Below, one piece after another: positions 9,374 to 18,523 of a stretch of DNA of 64,000 nt (positions are counted from its first letter, which is position 1; every line of letters starts with the position of its first letter). The notes under the pieces were generated by a model, which saw only the letters and a list, made by a program, of their open reading frames with translations, was not told the DNA's origin and made no database searches. Both the position numbers and the translations under genes were made by a program. Source of the DNA: Ferrithrix thermotolerans DSM 19514 (GTDB lineage: Bacteria; Actinomycetota; Acidimicrobiia; Acidimicrobiales; CAIXPF01); NCBI GenBank assembly GCA_945906305.1, contig CAMDQT010000002.1, forward strand, positions 130,177-194,176, written 5' to 3'.

Positions 9374-9796
9374 TCAGGCGACGTCGACGGGGCGGACCCG
9401 AGCCAGGGTGAGATCCGCCGAGGCATCCTCGTAGCAGATCTCCACCGCTTGGCCGACCCACGGCTCAGCCCCTTCGATGGGACGCGCGTACAACCGTGGA
9501 CCTTCCGCCAGGGTGACCTCGGTAACGGCGTAGGGAACCTCGAAGGGGCCACGTCGGAAGTACCGCTGATGGAAACGCACCCAAGAGGTGATCGTGCCCC
9601 GGCCGCTCAACTCGGTCCAGGTGAACGACGGCGACCAACACTCGGGGCACCACGGACCCGGTGGCAGCCAATGGTGACCGCAATGGTCGCAACGCGGCGC
9701 CACCAACCGGTGTTCGCGCAGCGCGTCCCAGTAGGCACGATTGAGGTTCGTTACGGCCGGGAGCGGTCCATCGTAGGCTGCCACGTCCTCGGTCAT
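9374..9796 (-). CDS. Zn-ribbon / OB-fold DUF35 protein
   Basis: CDHC...CPEC ribbon plus OB-like GRGTITSWVRFH. ATGA overlap with the upstream thiolase-like gene. Confidence 0.8.
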   Translation of the reverse strand: MTEDVAAYDGPLPAVTNLNRAYWDALREHRLVAPRCDHCGHHWLPPGPWCPECWSPSFTWTELSGRGTITSWVRFHQRYFRRGPFEVPYAVTEVTLAEGPRLYARPIEGAEPWVGQAVEICYEDASADLTLARVRPVDVA

Positions 9797-11004
9797 GTCG
9801 CCCGCCGGTAGATGATCGAGTCACCGTAGACGTTGCCCCATTGGATGTGTGTGGCGTCCGCGACCTGGCGTGGGCCCGCCTCGCCTCGCAATTGCCGGAC
9901 GATTTCGACCTGGTGATTCCAGGCCATCACATGGGCCTCGGAGAGCAACCCGCCGTGAGTGTTCACCGGCAACTCGCCGCCGATCTCTATGCGACCACCC
10001 TGGGTGAACGCTGCGGCCTCGCCCATCTTGCAGAATCCCCAGCGTTCCAGGGCGGGCCACACCACGAAGGAGAAGGCGTCGTAGGTGAAGAACGCGTCGA
10101 TGTCTGCCCGCGTGATTCCAGCGGCGGCATACAGGCCCTCCTCGCGTCGACCGGGTTCCCACGAGCCGTCCTGTTGCTGGGCGACACCGAGCCCGGGCCA
10201 GGCCCAGATGAACTCACGCCGACTGACCGGCAGCGGCAGCATCGCCGCAAGTTCGACCGACGGTTTGGCCAGATCTCGGGCTCGCTCGGCAGAACACACC
10301 AAGACGCATGCCGCGCCGTCGTTGACCAGGCAGTAGTCGTACAGGCGCAACGGCTCACAGACGTAGCGCGACGCCTGGTGATCCTGGATCGTCAGTGGGT
10401 CACTCATGATGGCCGCAGGGTTGAGGGTGGCCCCTTTGCGAAAGGCCACTGGCACCGCGGCGAGTTGTTCGGAGGTGGCACCGAAACGAGCGAAGTAGCG
10501 CTGCGCGGCGAGGGCCGCGCCGACCCCGGGGGAGGTCATGCCCACCACGGGGTCTTCGCCATGGCCGCCGCCGGCCTCGCGGGCTCCCTCGTGATCGCGG
10601 TCGCCGCCAACGGCGGAACCGCGACCGCCCTTGACCCGGCCCGGTCGGGTGACGCCCGAGAAGGACACCGCGGCCAGACAGGCCACCACGTCGGCCATGC
10701 CGGTGGCGACGGCCATCGCCGCCTGCTCGATGCAGGTAGCGGTGAAGCGTCCGTGGCCCCACGTCTGGCTGTAGTAGCGAAGGTCGAGGCCCAGCGCAAA
10801 GGCCAGGGTATCGGCGTCGACGCCACCGGGGGAGCCGAAGCTCACCACCATACCGTCGAGATCGCCGGGGCTGAGCCCGGCGTCGTCGAGCGCGTCACGG
10901 ATGGCATCGGCACCGAGGTCAATTCCCGAGCGGCCCAGACGCCGACCATAGGCCGACTGACCGACTCCGCAGATGGCGGTCTTGCCCCCGATGGTTTCGC
11001 CCAT
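9793..11004 (-). CDS. thiolase-like protein, SCP-x / Ltp type
   Basis: KTAICGVGQSAYGRR, IEQAAMAVATGMADVV and VNTHGGLLSE. The MGETIGG start (ATG 11002-11004) forms an ATGA overlap with the upstream propeller gene. The longer ORF to 11202 is rejected. Confidence 0.8.
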   Translation of the reverse strand: MGETIGGKTAICGVGQSAYGRRLGRSGIDLGADAIRDALDDAGLSPGDLDGMVVSFGSPGGVDADTLAFALGLDLRYYSQTWGHGRFTATCIEQAAMAVATGMADVVACLAAVSFSGVTRPGRVKGGRGSAVGGDRDHEGAREAGGGHGEDPVVGMTSPGVGAALAAQRYFARFGATSEQLAAVPVAFRKGATLNPAAIMSDPLTIQDHQASRYVCEPLRLYDYCLVNDGAACVLVCSAERARDLAKPSVELAAMLPLPVSRREFIWAWPGLGVAQQQDGSWEPGRREEGLYAAAGITRADIDAFFTYDAFSFVVWPALERWGFCKMGEAAAFTQGGRIEIGGELPVNTHGGLLSEAHVMAWNHQVEIVRQLRGEAGPRQVADATHIQWGNVYGDSIIYRRAT

Positions 11005-11993
11005 CAGGCCGAAGGAGCCAAGGCCAGGGCGCGGATCTCGCCGAAGCCGCGGCGGCACTTCTCCCACGTCTCCCCGCCGTCGGTCGACCAGAAGAGCTGG
11101 CCGAAGAGGCTGGCGCAAGCCACAACCTCGGGGCGGGCTGGATGGTTGGCCATCCAGTACACCACGGAGTTCGGTTGCTCTGGCAGATCGGCCAGCTTCC
11201 AAGTGGCGCCGCCGTCGCGGGAGATGCGCAGGCCACCGGTCTCACCGGGAATCGAGTCGCCGGTTCCGACGAACACGGTCTGCGGATCGTCCGCTTTCAC
11301 CATCACCATGCGGCAGTAGGCGAACTCGTTGCGCTCATGGAAGCCCGGTAGCTCAGTCAGTTCCCACGTCGCACCTTCGTCGGTGGAGCGGGTCAATCCG
11401 AAGGGGCCACCGACGAAGATCGTCGCCCCGTCCGCGTCGGGGCGGATCGCCACGCTGTGTACGTCACCGCTGAGTGGCGAGGGGCCGAGGTCGCTGCAGC
11501 GGGTCCAGGTGACGCCCCGGTCGCCAGATCGGAAAACTCCGTCGATTTCCGCACCGGCCCACACCACGGCGGGATCGCGCGGATCGATCAGGACGTTGGT
11601 GGTTCGAGGCTTGCCCACCAAGCACTCTTCAACCACGGGGATGTTCATCTCCACCCAGGTCTCGCCGCCGTCGGTCGAACGGAACCCGCCAGGCTGGGTT
11701 CCGACGTAGACGTAGCGGTTGTCGGTGGGGTCGATGGCGACGGACCAGATCTGCCGTCCATCGGCTGGAGTGGCCACCGGAGCCCAGCGGTTGCCACCGT
11801 CGATACTGCGGAATAGGCCCACGTCGGTACCCGCCCAGACGAGCGCGGGATCGGTCGGATCGACCCGAAGGGCTCGCACGTTGCCCTCGAAGGGAACGGG
11901 CTTGAAGATCTGCTTGAAGCGGCCGCCACCGTCGCGGCTGACGTGGACGCCACTACCGATGGTGCCCACCAGGATGGTCATGCCCTCGATCAT
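11004..11993 (-). CDS. BNR/Asp-box repeat beta-propeller protein (sialidase/Ycf48-like fold), no signal peptide
   Basis: Seven Asp-boxes (SxDxGxTW-like): SRDGGGRF, SIDGGNRW, STDGGETW, SGDRGVTW, STDEGATW, SRDGGATW, STDGGETW. Confidence 0.8.
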   Translation of the reverse strand: MIEGMTILVGTIGSGVHVSRDGGGRFKQIFKPVPFEGNVRALRVDPTDPALVWAGTDVGLFRSIDGGNRWAPVATPADGRQIWSVAIDPTDNRYVYVGTQPGGFRSTDGGETWVEMNIPVVEECLVGKPRTTNVLIDPRDPAVVWAGAEIDGVFRSGDRGVTWTRCSDLGPSPLSGDVHSVAIRPDADGATIFVGGPFGLTRSTDEGATWELTELPGFHERNEFAYCRMVMVKADDPQTVFVGTGDSIPGETGGLRISRDGGATWKLADLPEQPNSVVYWMANHPARPEVVACASLFGQLFWSTDGGETWEKCRRGFGEIRALALAPSA

Positions 11994-12060
11994 CGATGTT
12001 CCCCCGGAACTGCTGGCTGGCTGCCCGGTGCAGCCGACTGGCGTCAGATTACGACGTTGG

Positions 12061-12096
12061 CGCTGCCGCCGCTCGCCGAGTCGTGCCGCGGCAGCG
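12061..12096 (-). terminator. stem-loop 13 nt downstream of the esterase gene
   Basis: CGCTGCCGC (12061-12069) pairs perfectly with GCGGCAGCG (12088-12096) across an 18-nt loop. Confidence 0.35.
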
Positions 12097-12108
12097 ACCC
12101 AGAAGGCG

Positions 12109-12810
12109 TCAGGCGAGGCCCTCGAGCACCGTCGCGAGTTCCGCTGGACGGTTGTTGGCGATCATGTGGTTCGTGGCGATTTCGTGGTAGCTCCATCGAG
12201 CCGAGCCTCGGGCATGGTCCGCCGCGGTCCAGAACGGGCCACCGGAGCTAGGTCGGGGCTCGCCCGTGGCCTTTATGTAGGTGAGGGGGAAGTCGAAGGA
12301 CTCGATCGGCTGGGGGAGACTGACTGCCTCGGTGAAGCAGCGAGCGGGGTGGCTGGTCCGGCGCGGTTGTGAGAACGCCGCCTCGGCGGGGTCGTCGAAA
12401 TCCCTTGGGATCGGTGGGACCAGCCAGTTCGCTTCGGGCCCGATGGGATCGGTGATGGGCATGCCCGTTAGGGACACGACGCTGTCGCCGTGGGCAGGAA
12501 CGAAGGCGTCGAGATACACCAGGTGTCCGACCCGCTCCGCGACGTGCGCCAGCGCGCCGCTCACCACGAAACCGCCGTAGGAGAAGCCGACCAGTACGAC
12601 CTCGTGGAGGTCCTCGTAGCGCATGCAGTTGACGACGTCGGCGACGTGGGTGCTGAGGTTGACCATGGGGCTGGTCAGGTGGGATCGCTCGCCGATGCCG
12701 GTCATGCTGGGGGTGAACACCTCATGGCCTGCTCGTGTCAGTAGCCGACGAACGTGACGGAATCCATGCGCGCCGCTCCAGGCGCCGTGTACGAGCACGT
12801 AGGTGGTCAT
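12109..12810 (-). CDS. alpha/beta hydrolase (esterase, methylesterase-like)
   Basis: YVLVHGAWSGAHGF N-terminal block and nucleophile elbow GFSYGG. The MTTYVLVHG start was chosen (ATG 12808-12810). Confidence 0.75.
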   Translation of the reverse strand: MTTYVLVHGAWSGAHGFRHVRRLLTRAGHEVFTPSMTGIGERSHLTSPMVNLSTHVADVVNCMRYEDLHEVVLVGFSYGGFVVSGALAHVAERVGHLVYLDAFVPAHGDSVVSLTGMPITDPIGPEANWLVPPIPRDFDDPAEAAFSQPRRTSHPARCFTEAVSLPQPIESFDFPLTYIKATGEPRPSSGGPFWTAADHARGSARWSYHEIATNHMIANNRPAELATVLEGLA

Positions 12811-12916
12811 GGGGCCAGACCATACCATCTGGTGTGTTCGTTGCTTTAGCTCCTGGAGCACGATCTCACTCGCGCCACCTTCGATCGAGGTGATGCGGGC
12901 GCCGTAAGCTCCCAAA

Positions 12917-13279
12917 ATGGTTCGTCGAGTGTCGTGCTACGCCGCGCTGGCAACCGCGTGCGTAGCCGCTGGTCTTGCCTGTGGCCGAGAGGTCCCGGCC
13001 ACCCCGGCCACCCCGGCTGCCACGGCTGCCACGGCTGCCACGGCGGCCACGGCTGCCACGGCGGCCACGGCGAGAGACGTCGTCCCGCCCGCCGGGTTGG
13101 CTTCGACGGTGCTCGGGTTGGTGGAGGCGGAGGCCACGGCCAAGATCGCTAAGGCCGGTTACACCTGGCGGATCCTGGGCCGCGATGGTCAGAACTTCCC
13201 CGCCACCATGGACTTCGTCGATACCCGGATCGGGCTCAAGATCACCGGCGGCAAGGTCACCGAGGCTCGGGTGGGCTAA
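12917..13279 (+). CDS. small secreted/lipoprotein-like protein with a peptidase-inhibitor-I78-like C-terminal domain
   Basis: N-terminal hydrophobic segment with Cys residues (ATAC/GLAC) and a (PAT)2(AAT)6 linker. The C-terminal block LVEAEA...GYTWRILGRDGQNFPATMDFVDTRIGLKITGGKVTEARVG resembles the I78 pattern (R...G...T.D....R.......G.V). The family call is from memory only. Confidence 0.5.
   Translation: MVRRVSCYAALATACVAAGLACGREVPATPATPAATAATAATAATAATAATARDVVPPAGLASTVLGLVEAEATAKIAKAGYTWRILGRDGQNFPATMDFVDTRIGLKITGGKVTEARVG
12995..13066 (+). repeat. in-frame 9-bp tandem repeat, 8 units
   Basis: CCGGCCACC x2, then GC(T/G)GCCACG x6, encoding PAT-PAT-AAT x6. Confidence 0.9.
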
Positions 13280-13540
13280 GGACTTACCCCCTCGGAGCGG
13301 TTCTGGCCTGCTCGAAGGACTCCACCGCGGCTGGCGATGCGAGCCCTGTGGCGTAGAGGGCCGAAGGGCCTGAGGCCAGGCGGCCACCGTGTTGAGCGCG
13401 CCGTTGGTCCAGTTCGGGCAAATATGTCTGCCACGGCCAGGAGCCGTCGGACGCAGGAGGGGCCGTCGGATGCAGCAGCGCACGAGCGAGCGGAGCTTGC
13501 CCAAGACGACCTGGCGATCGTCCCGAGACATGGCCCGAGG

Positions 13541-14344
13541 GTGAGCACCCAGCCGCGTCTCAACTTCGTGGTCCACCCGGGCCGCGGGCCGTTCGCGTTG
13601 CTGGTGCACGGTGCGCTCGGCAGCCGTTCCTATTGGGCGGCCAATGTGGCGGCGCTCGGTGAGGTGTGCCGCCCCGTGGTGGTCGAGCTTTGGGGACACG
13701 GCCGTTCGCCCAGCCCTACCGACCCTGCAGCCTACGCGCCCCAGGCCTACGTCGAGCAGTTCGAGGCCCTGCGGACCGAGCTGCACGCGGCGCAGTGGTT
13801 CACCGTGGGCCAGTCGATGGGGGCCGGGCTTAGTTTGGCCTACGGTCTCGCCTATCCGCAGCGGGTGCTAGCCCAAGTGATTACCAACAGCAACTCTGCG
13901 TTCGCTAGGCCCGAGACGTGGCAACGCCGCCATCGCGAGGTGGTGGCGCCGATGATTGAACGTCTCGTGCAGACCGGTACCGGGTTCTTGCGCGAGGCCA
14001 AGATGAACCCGGCGAGCTCGCGTCGGCTCGATGTCGAGGTGCGCCGACTGCTGGTAGCGGAGTTCGCCGAACACGATGCCGGTGGCCTCGCCGCAACCAT
14101 GCAGTACACCAACCTGACACTGCCGTTGGGCGAGCGGGTACGGGCGGTGTCGGTGCCGACCTTGCTTACCCTGGGGGTGCGGGAGGAGACGTTCCTGCCG
14201 TTGCTAGAGCGGGTTCGCTGGATCTCCGGGGTGGAGGTGGTCGAGCTTGATGCCGCCCACCCGGTCAACGCCCAATTGCCGGGGCCCTGGAACGAGGCCG
14301 TGGTGGAGTTCTTCGACCGTCATCGCCGCACCGATCGCGACTGA
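13541..14344 (+). CDS. alpha/beta hydrolase
   Basis: FALLVHGALGSRSYW, ELWGHGRS and nucleophile elbow GQSMGAG. GTG start at 13541 preceded by GAGG. The ORF is open upstream to 13337, but that part looks non-coding. Confidence 0.75.
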   Translation: MSTQPRLNFVVHPGRGPFALLVHGALGSRSYWAANVAALGEVCRPVVVELWGHGRSPSPTDPAAYAPQAYVEQFEALRTELHAAQWFTVGQSMGAGLSLAYGLAYPQRVLAQVITNSNSAFARPETWQRRHREVVAPMIERLVQTGTGFLREAKMNPASSRRLDVEVRRLLVAEFAEHDAGGLAATMQYTNLTLPLGERVRAVSVPTLLTLGVREETFLPLLERVRWISGVEVVELDAAHPVNAQLPGPWNEAVVEFFDRHRRTDRD

Positions 14345-14356
14345 AGCCTCACCCGG

Positions 14357-14387
14357 TAGGGGTCTGGGCGAGAAGGCCAGACCCCTA
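14357..14387 (+). terminator. perfect 11-bp stem-loop just after the hydrolase stop
   Basis: TAGGGGTCTGG / CCAGACCCCTA with a 9-nt loop, 13 nt downstream of the stop at 14344. Confidence 0.5.
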
Positions 14388-14486
14388 CGCCCGGTGGGCG
14401 CGGCGTTCGAGGTAGTCGCGCCAGGCTGGCGTGAGTCCTGAAACAAAAGTGCTGACCAGAGAACCTTTCCTCTGGCCAGCCGGGTG

Positions 14487-14558
14487 CGCCCTCGACAGGA
14501 CTCGAACCTGTGCACACGGCTCCGGAGGCCGCTGCTCTATCCGCTGAGCTACGAGGGC
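14487..14558 (-). tRNA. tRNA-Arg (anticodon CCG)
   Basis: The reverse complement reads GCCCTCGTAGCTCAGCGGATAGAGCAGCGGCCTCCGGAGCCGTGTGCACAGGTTCGAGTCCTGTCGAGGGCG. It has a 7-bp acceptor stem GCCCTCG/CGAGGGC, D-loop AGCTCAGCGGATAGAGC, anticodon loop CT-CCG-GA and T-arm GGTTCGAGTCC. CCA is not encoded. Confidence 0.9.
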
Positions 14559-14631
14559 TGGAGCGGGCTTGGGGCCCGTACTGAGGGGAGAGACTAGCAG
14601 CCCTGCCCTAGTGGTCCGCACCGCTACCTGG

Positions 14632-15411
14632 TCACTCCTGCACCCAGGAGCGGCCCTCCCCGCTGAAGTACGTGCTCTGAGCGGTTCGGGAGTTTTCCGA
14701 GAAGTTCATGAATCCCACGGCGACGTGGTCCATGTGCTGGATTGCCCGGGCCAGGGCCAAGGACTGGGCGTTGATCGACGCCTTGGTGACCGTGGTCGGC
14801 ACGGGCGGTTGGCGCACCACCTCGGCGGCGAGCCGTTCACACGCCGGAAGCAGGTCCTCTTGGTGTGGCACGGTCTCGGTGAAGTAGCCCATCGCCGCCA
14901 GTTGGCCGCAATCGTAGGTGCGGCCGAGCAGCAGCATCTCCTTGGCCCTTTGCGATCCCACCAGGTTGATGAGTGCCGGCAGTGAGTGCCAAGTGAGGTT
15001 GGAACCAATGCTCACCTCGTTGAGGGTCAACTTGGTGGACGCCGCGCCGATCCGAAAGTCACACGCCGCGGGAAGAACGGCGCCGCCGCCGATGAGGTAG
15101 CCGTGGCAGGCGGCGATGGTGACGGCATTGAGGTTGAGCAACGCGTCGTACATTCGGGCCCCATTCTTGGACGCCAGCATCGCCTGGGTCTTGGTGGGTC
15201 GCGGCACCTTGAGGTCTGCACCGGAGCAGAAGCTGGGGCCCTCCCCACGCACAATCACGACGCGGACGGACGGGTCGGACTCCAAAGCCAGGCAGGCTTG
15301 GTGCAGGTCGGCTACGAGTTGGGCGTTGACTGCGTTGTGGACCTTGGGGCGGTTGAGCACCAGGTGGCGGACGGGCCCAAGGCCATCTACTCGAACAGTT
15401 TCCAAGTCCAT
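14632..15411 (-). CDS. enoyl-CoA hydratase/isomerase (crotonase) family protein
   Basis: VRHLVLNRPKVHNAVN...VRVVIVRGEGPSFCSGADL is the classic crotonase N-terminal block. MDLETV start chosen. Confidence 0.85.
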   Translation of the reverse strand: MDLETVRVDGLGPVRHLVLNRPKVHNAVNAQLVADLHQACLALESDPSVRVVIVRGEGPSFCSGADLKVPRPTKTQAMLASKNGARMYDALLNLNAVTIAACHGYLIGGGAVLPAACDFRIGAASTKLTLNEVSIGSNLTWHSLPALINLVGSQRAKEMLLLGRTYDCGQLAAMGYFTETVPHQEDLLPACERLAAEVVRQPPVPTTVTKASINAQSLALARAIQHMDHVAVGFMNFSENSRTAQSTYFSGEGRSWVQE

Positions 15412-15527
15412 GGGCGAACTCTTGCACGCTGGGATCATGGTGGGAGTACGCGCGGCCGAACCATGAGGCCGCACGAAGGGCGATGGTCCTTCTTTGGATC
15501 GCTAGGTGGCGGGTAGCGTGGTCGACC

Positions 15528-17147
15528 GTGATTCAAGACGCGCTCCGCGCCGCCATTGGTCAGGCCCTGGCCTCCTTGGGGATCGAACCCCCCGCTGCCA
15601 TTGCCCTTGAGCGTCCGGCCCGCAAGGAGCATGGCGATTGGTCTACCAACGTCGCGCTCGCCACCGCGAAGCGCGCCGGCCGCAATCCGCGGGAACTGGC
15701 GGGAGCGTTGGTCGGGTCCCTCGAAGCGGCTCAGGTCAGCCACGTAAGTCGGCTCGAGGTTGCCGGCGCCGGGTTTGTGAACTTCCACCTCGCCCCCACC
15801 TGGCTGCACGCCACGCTGAGCGAAGCGGCCGCGGGCGGCGTGCAGAGCTTTGCCCGGCCCGACATCGGTAAGGGTCAGCGAGTCAACGTCGAGTTCGTCT
15901 CCGCCAATCCCACCGGTCCGCTCCACGCCGGTGGAGGTCGATGGGCCGCCTACGGCGACGCGCTGGTGAACTTGTTGCAACACTGCGGGTATCGCGCTGA
16001 TCGCGAGTATTACCTCAATGATCGTGGCGTACAGATGCGCCTGTTCGGCGAGTCGTTGTCGGCGCTCAAGGCGGGCATGGCGGTTCCCGAGGATGGCTAC
16101 AAGGGCCAATACCTCGAAGAATGGGCAGCGGAGATGCCCGCTGATGCCGATGCCGTCGAATGGGGTTACGAACGGGTCAAGAAAGACCTGCGCCAAACCC
16201 TCGACGCGGCCGGGGTGCACTTCGACACCTGGTTTTCCGAGCGGTCCTTGGTGGCCGACGGGGCCATCGACGCCACCCTGGCCGACCTCGCATCGCGGGG
16301 CGCAACCTATGAGGCGGACGGTGCCGTGTGGTTGCGCAGCAGCGATTACGGCGACGACAAGGACCGGGTGCTGGTCAAGTCGGACGGCGAGCCGACCTAC
16401 CTCCTGCCGGACATCGCTTACCACCGCAACAAGTTCGAGCGCGGCTACGAGAAGCTGATCGACATCTGGGGTGCGGACCATCACGGCTACGTGACCCGGC
16501 TCAAGGCGGGCGTCGCGGCCCTCGGTCACGACAGCAGCGTGCTTGAGCTGATTCTGGGTCAGCTCGTCACGCTTAAACGCGACGGCGAAGAGATCAAGCT
16601 GTCCAAGCGGGCCGGCACCATCGTGACCCTCTCCGAGGTGGTCGAGGAGACCGGTATCGATGCCACCCGGTTGACCTTCTTGTTGCAGTCCCTGGACACC
16701 CGACAGACCGTCGACCTCGCCGTGATGGCCTCCCAGGCCATGGAGAACCCGGTCTTTTATGTGCAGTACGCCCACGCCCGCATCGCGTCGTTGGCCCGTC
16801 AGGCCCTCGCCAACGGGGTGACCCGTTTGCCCCTCGCCGAAGTCGACCTCAGCCCACTCACCCATGAACGGGAGCTCGACGTACTGCGAGTGCTGTCCGA
16901 ATTGGAGGAGGTCCTGACGCTGGCCTGCAACGAACGCGCCCCCCACAAGGTCACCAGCTGGGTCCGCGCACTCGCCGGCGCCTTCCACGGCTTCTACCAC
17001 GACTGCCGGATCATGGGCAACGACCGCGACGGCCGTCCGGTTGACGTCGGGACCACTCAGGCTCGCTTGTGGCTGGTGGAATCGGCCCGAGTGGGCTTGC
17101 GGATCGGTTTGGGCATCCTCGGTGTTGGCGCTCCGGAGTCGATGTAG
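15528..17147 (+). CDS. argS: arginine--tRNA ligase
   Basis: PARKEHGDWSTNVAL, SANPTGPLHAGGGR (HIGH-type motif) and C-terminal DALR/anticodon-binding-like blocks. GTG start at 15528 (VIQDALR). Confidence 0.9.
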   Translation: MIQDALRAAIGQALASLGIEPPAAIALERPARKEHGDWSTNVALATAKRAGRNPRELAGALVGSLEAAQVSHVSRLEVAGAGFVNFHLAPTWLHATLSEAAAGGVQSFARPDIGKGQRVNVEFVSANPTGPLHAGGGRWAAYGDALVNLLQHCGYRADREYYLNDRGVQMRLFGESLSALKAGMAVPEDGYKGQYLEEWAAEMPADADAVEWGYERVKKDLRQTLDAAGVHFDTWFSERSLVADGAIDATLADLASRGATYEADGAVWLRSSDYGDDKDRVLVKSDGEPTYLLPDIAYHRNKFERGYEKLIDIWGADHHGYVTRLKAGVAALGHDSSVLELILGQLVTLKRDGEEIKLSKRAGTIVTLSEVVEETGIDATRLTFLLQSLDTRQTVDLAVMASQAMENPVFYVQYAHARIASLARQALANGVTRLPLAEVDLSPLTHERELDVLRVLSELEEVLTLACNERAPHKVTSWVRALAGAFHGFYHDCRIMGNDRDGRPVDVGTTQARLWLVESARVGLRIGLGILGVGAPESM

Positions 17148-17150
17148 ATC

Positions 17151-18458
17151 ATGGCTGGTCCGATCGCTTTTCGCCTCTTGCCCGACAGCGCCGCGGTCGG
17201 CCCCGATGCTCATCTACACCTCGGCGGCTTGGACACGGTGGCGCTGGCGGAGGAATTTGGCACGCCGCTCTTCGTCTATGACGAAGCCCACCTGCGCAGT
17301 CGTTGCCGTGAAGCGGTGGAGGCCTTCCCGGGCGGGGTGTACTACGCCACCAAGGCTTTCCTGTGCGGCGCGATGGCCCAGCTCGCGCATGGCGAGGGAA
17401 TGCGGCTCGACGTGGCCTCCGGAGGAGAGCTGAACGTCGCGTTGCGGGCGGGGGTGCCAGCCTCGGACCTGTTGCTGCACGGCAACAACAAGTCCCTGGC
17501 CGAACTGCGTGCCGCGTTGCTCGCTGGCGTCGGACGGATCGTCGTGGATTCCTTCGACGAGATCGACCGGCTTGACCGCCTGGTAACCGAGGAAGGACTC
17601 GATCGGCCGAACGTGCTTGTGCGGGTCACGCCGGGAGTGCACGCCCACACCCACGACTACATCTCCACCGGCCAAGAGGACTCCAAGTTCGGTTTCGGCC
17701 TGAACTCCGGTGCCGCCGGCGCCGCCATTGAGCGTCTAAGACAACCCAATTCCCCCGCCCGGCTGATCGGTGTGCACGTGCACATCGGCTCGCAGGTTTT
17801 CGTCGCTCGCAGTTTTGCGCTGGCTATGGAGGCGATCGCTCCGTTCGTGCGGGCGACGGCGCTGCCCGAACTCAACATCGGTGGGGGCCTCGGCGTGGCG
17901 TACATCGAGGCCGAACGCAGCGAGCCCATCAGCACCTGGGGTGAACGAGTGCACGGCGCCTGCGAGGCCCTCGGCATCGAGGCTGTGGTCTCCGCAGAAC
18001 CGGGCCGGGCGATTGTGGCCCAGGCGGCGATCACGCTCTACCGGGTGGGGACCATCAAGGATCTGCCCGGTATCCGCACGTACGTGGCGGTCGATGGGGG
18101 AATGATCGACAATCCCCGTCCTGCGATGTATGGCAGCGAGTACGAGGCCTTCCTACCGCGGGCGGTCGATGCGCCTCGGCCGCGCCAGGTGCGCATCGTC
18201 GGCAAGCATTGCGAGTCGGGTGACGTGTTGTTGCACGAGGCGGCGGTGCCGGAGGATCTTGCGGTCGAGGACATCGTGGCCACGCCGGTAACCGGCGCCT
18301 ACGGCTGGTCGATGGGCTCGAACTACAACCGCATGGGCCGACCGGCTGTGGTCTTCGTCGCCGCCGGCCGCGCCCGCTTGGTGGTTCGACGTGAGACCGA
18401 TGACGATGTCATGCGTACCGACGTGGCCCTGAACCCCGGCCCCTCGGCTCTGCCATGA
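17151..18458 (+). CDS. lysA: diaminopimelate decarboxylase
   Basis: GTPLFVYDE, YATKAF (PLP Lys), HVHIGSQ, GGGLGV and EPGRAIVA motifs. Starts 3 nt after argS. Confidence 0.9.
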   Translation: MAGPIAFRLLPDSAAVGPDAHLHLGGLDTVALAEEFGTPLFVYDEAHLRSRCREAVEAFPGGVYYATKAFLCGAMAQLAHGEGMRLDVASGGELNVALRAGVPASDLLLHGNNKSLAELRAALLAGVGRIVVDSFDEIDRLDRLVTEEGLDRPNVLVRVTPGVHAHTHDYISTGQEDSKFGFGLNSGAAGAAIERLRQPNSPARLIGVHVHIGSQVFVARSFALAMEAIAPFVRATALPELNIGGGLGVAYIEAERSEPISTWGERVHGACEALGIEAVVSAEPGRAIVAQAAITLYRVGTIKDLPGIRTYVAVDGGMIDNPRPAMYGSEYEAFLPRAVDAPRPRQVRIVGKHCESGDVLLHEAAVPEDLAVEDIVATPVTGAYGWSMGSNYNRMGRPAVVFVAAGRARLVVRRETDDDVMRTDVALNPGPSALP

Positions 18459-18523
18459 CCGCTCGATTTGCAGCAGGCGGGTTCCGAATCTTCCCCCATC
18501 CCCGAGTGAGAGGCTGAGTCGAC

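Noticed and set aside
12995-13066. Short tandem repeats (9-bp at 12995-13066, 6-bp at 23580-23627, 6-bp at 48944-48973) considered as possible CRISPR-like or other non-coding arrays.
   Set aside because: The units are 6-9 bp with no spacers. All are in frame inside ORFs and encode low-complexity peptide linkers. No cas genes are present.
14345-14631. tRNA-Arg locus considered as an integration hotspot or genomic-island boundary.
   Set aside because: No integrase, no direct repeat of the tRNA 3' end, and no obvious compositional break. The flanking genes are ordinary metabolic genes.
15435-17213. A 592-aa ORF antisense to argS. Similar long antisense or shadow ORFs occur at 392-1273, 2222-3211, 3555-4712, 4709-5722, 9841-11319, 18323-19816, 23817-25076, 28085-29116, 35001-35912, 37522-38799, 49528-50631 and 62098-62910.
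   Set aside because: Each lies opposite or out of frame to a gene with clear family motifs. Their translations are Arg/Gly/Pro/His-rich with no motifs, which is the usual stop-codon-poor shadow of high-GC coding DNA.
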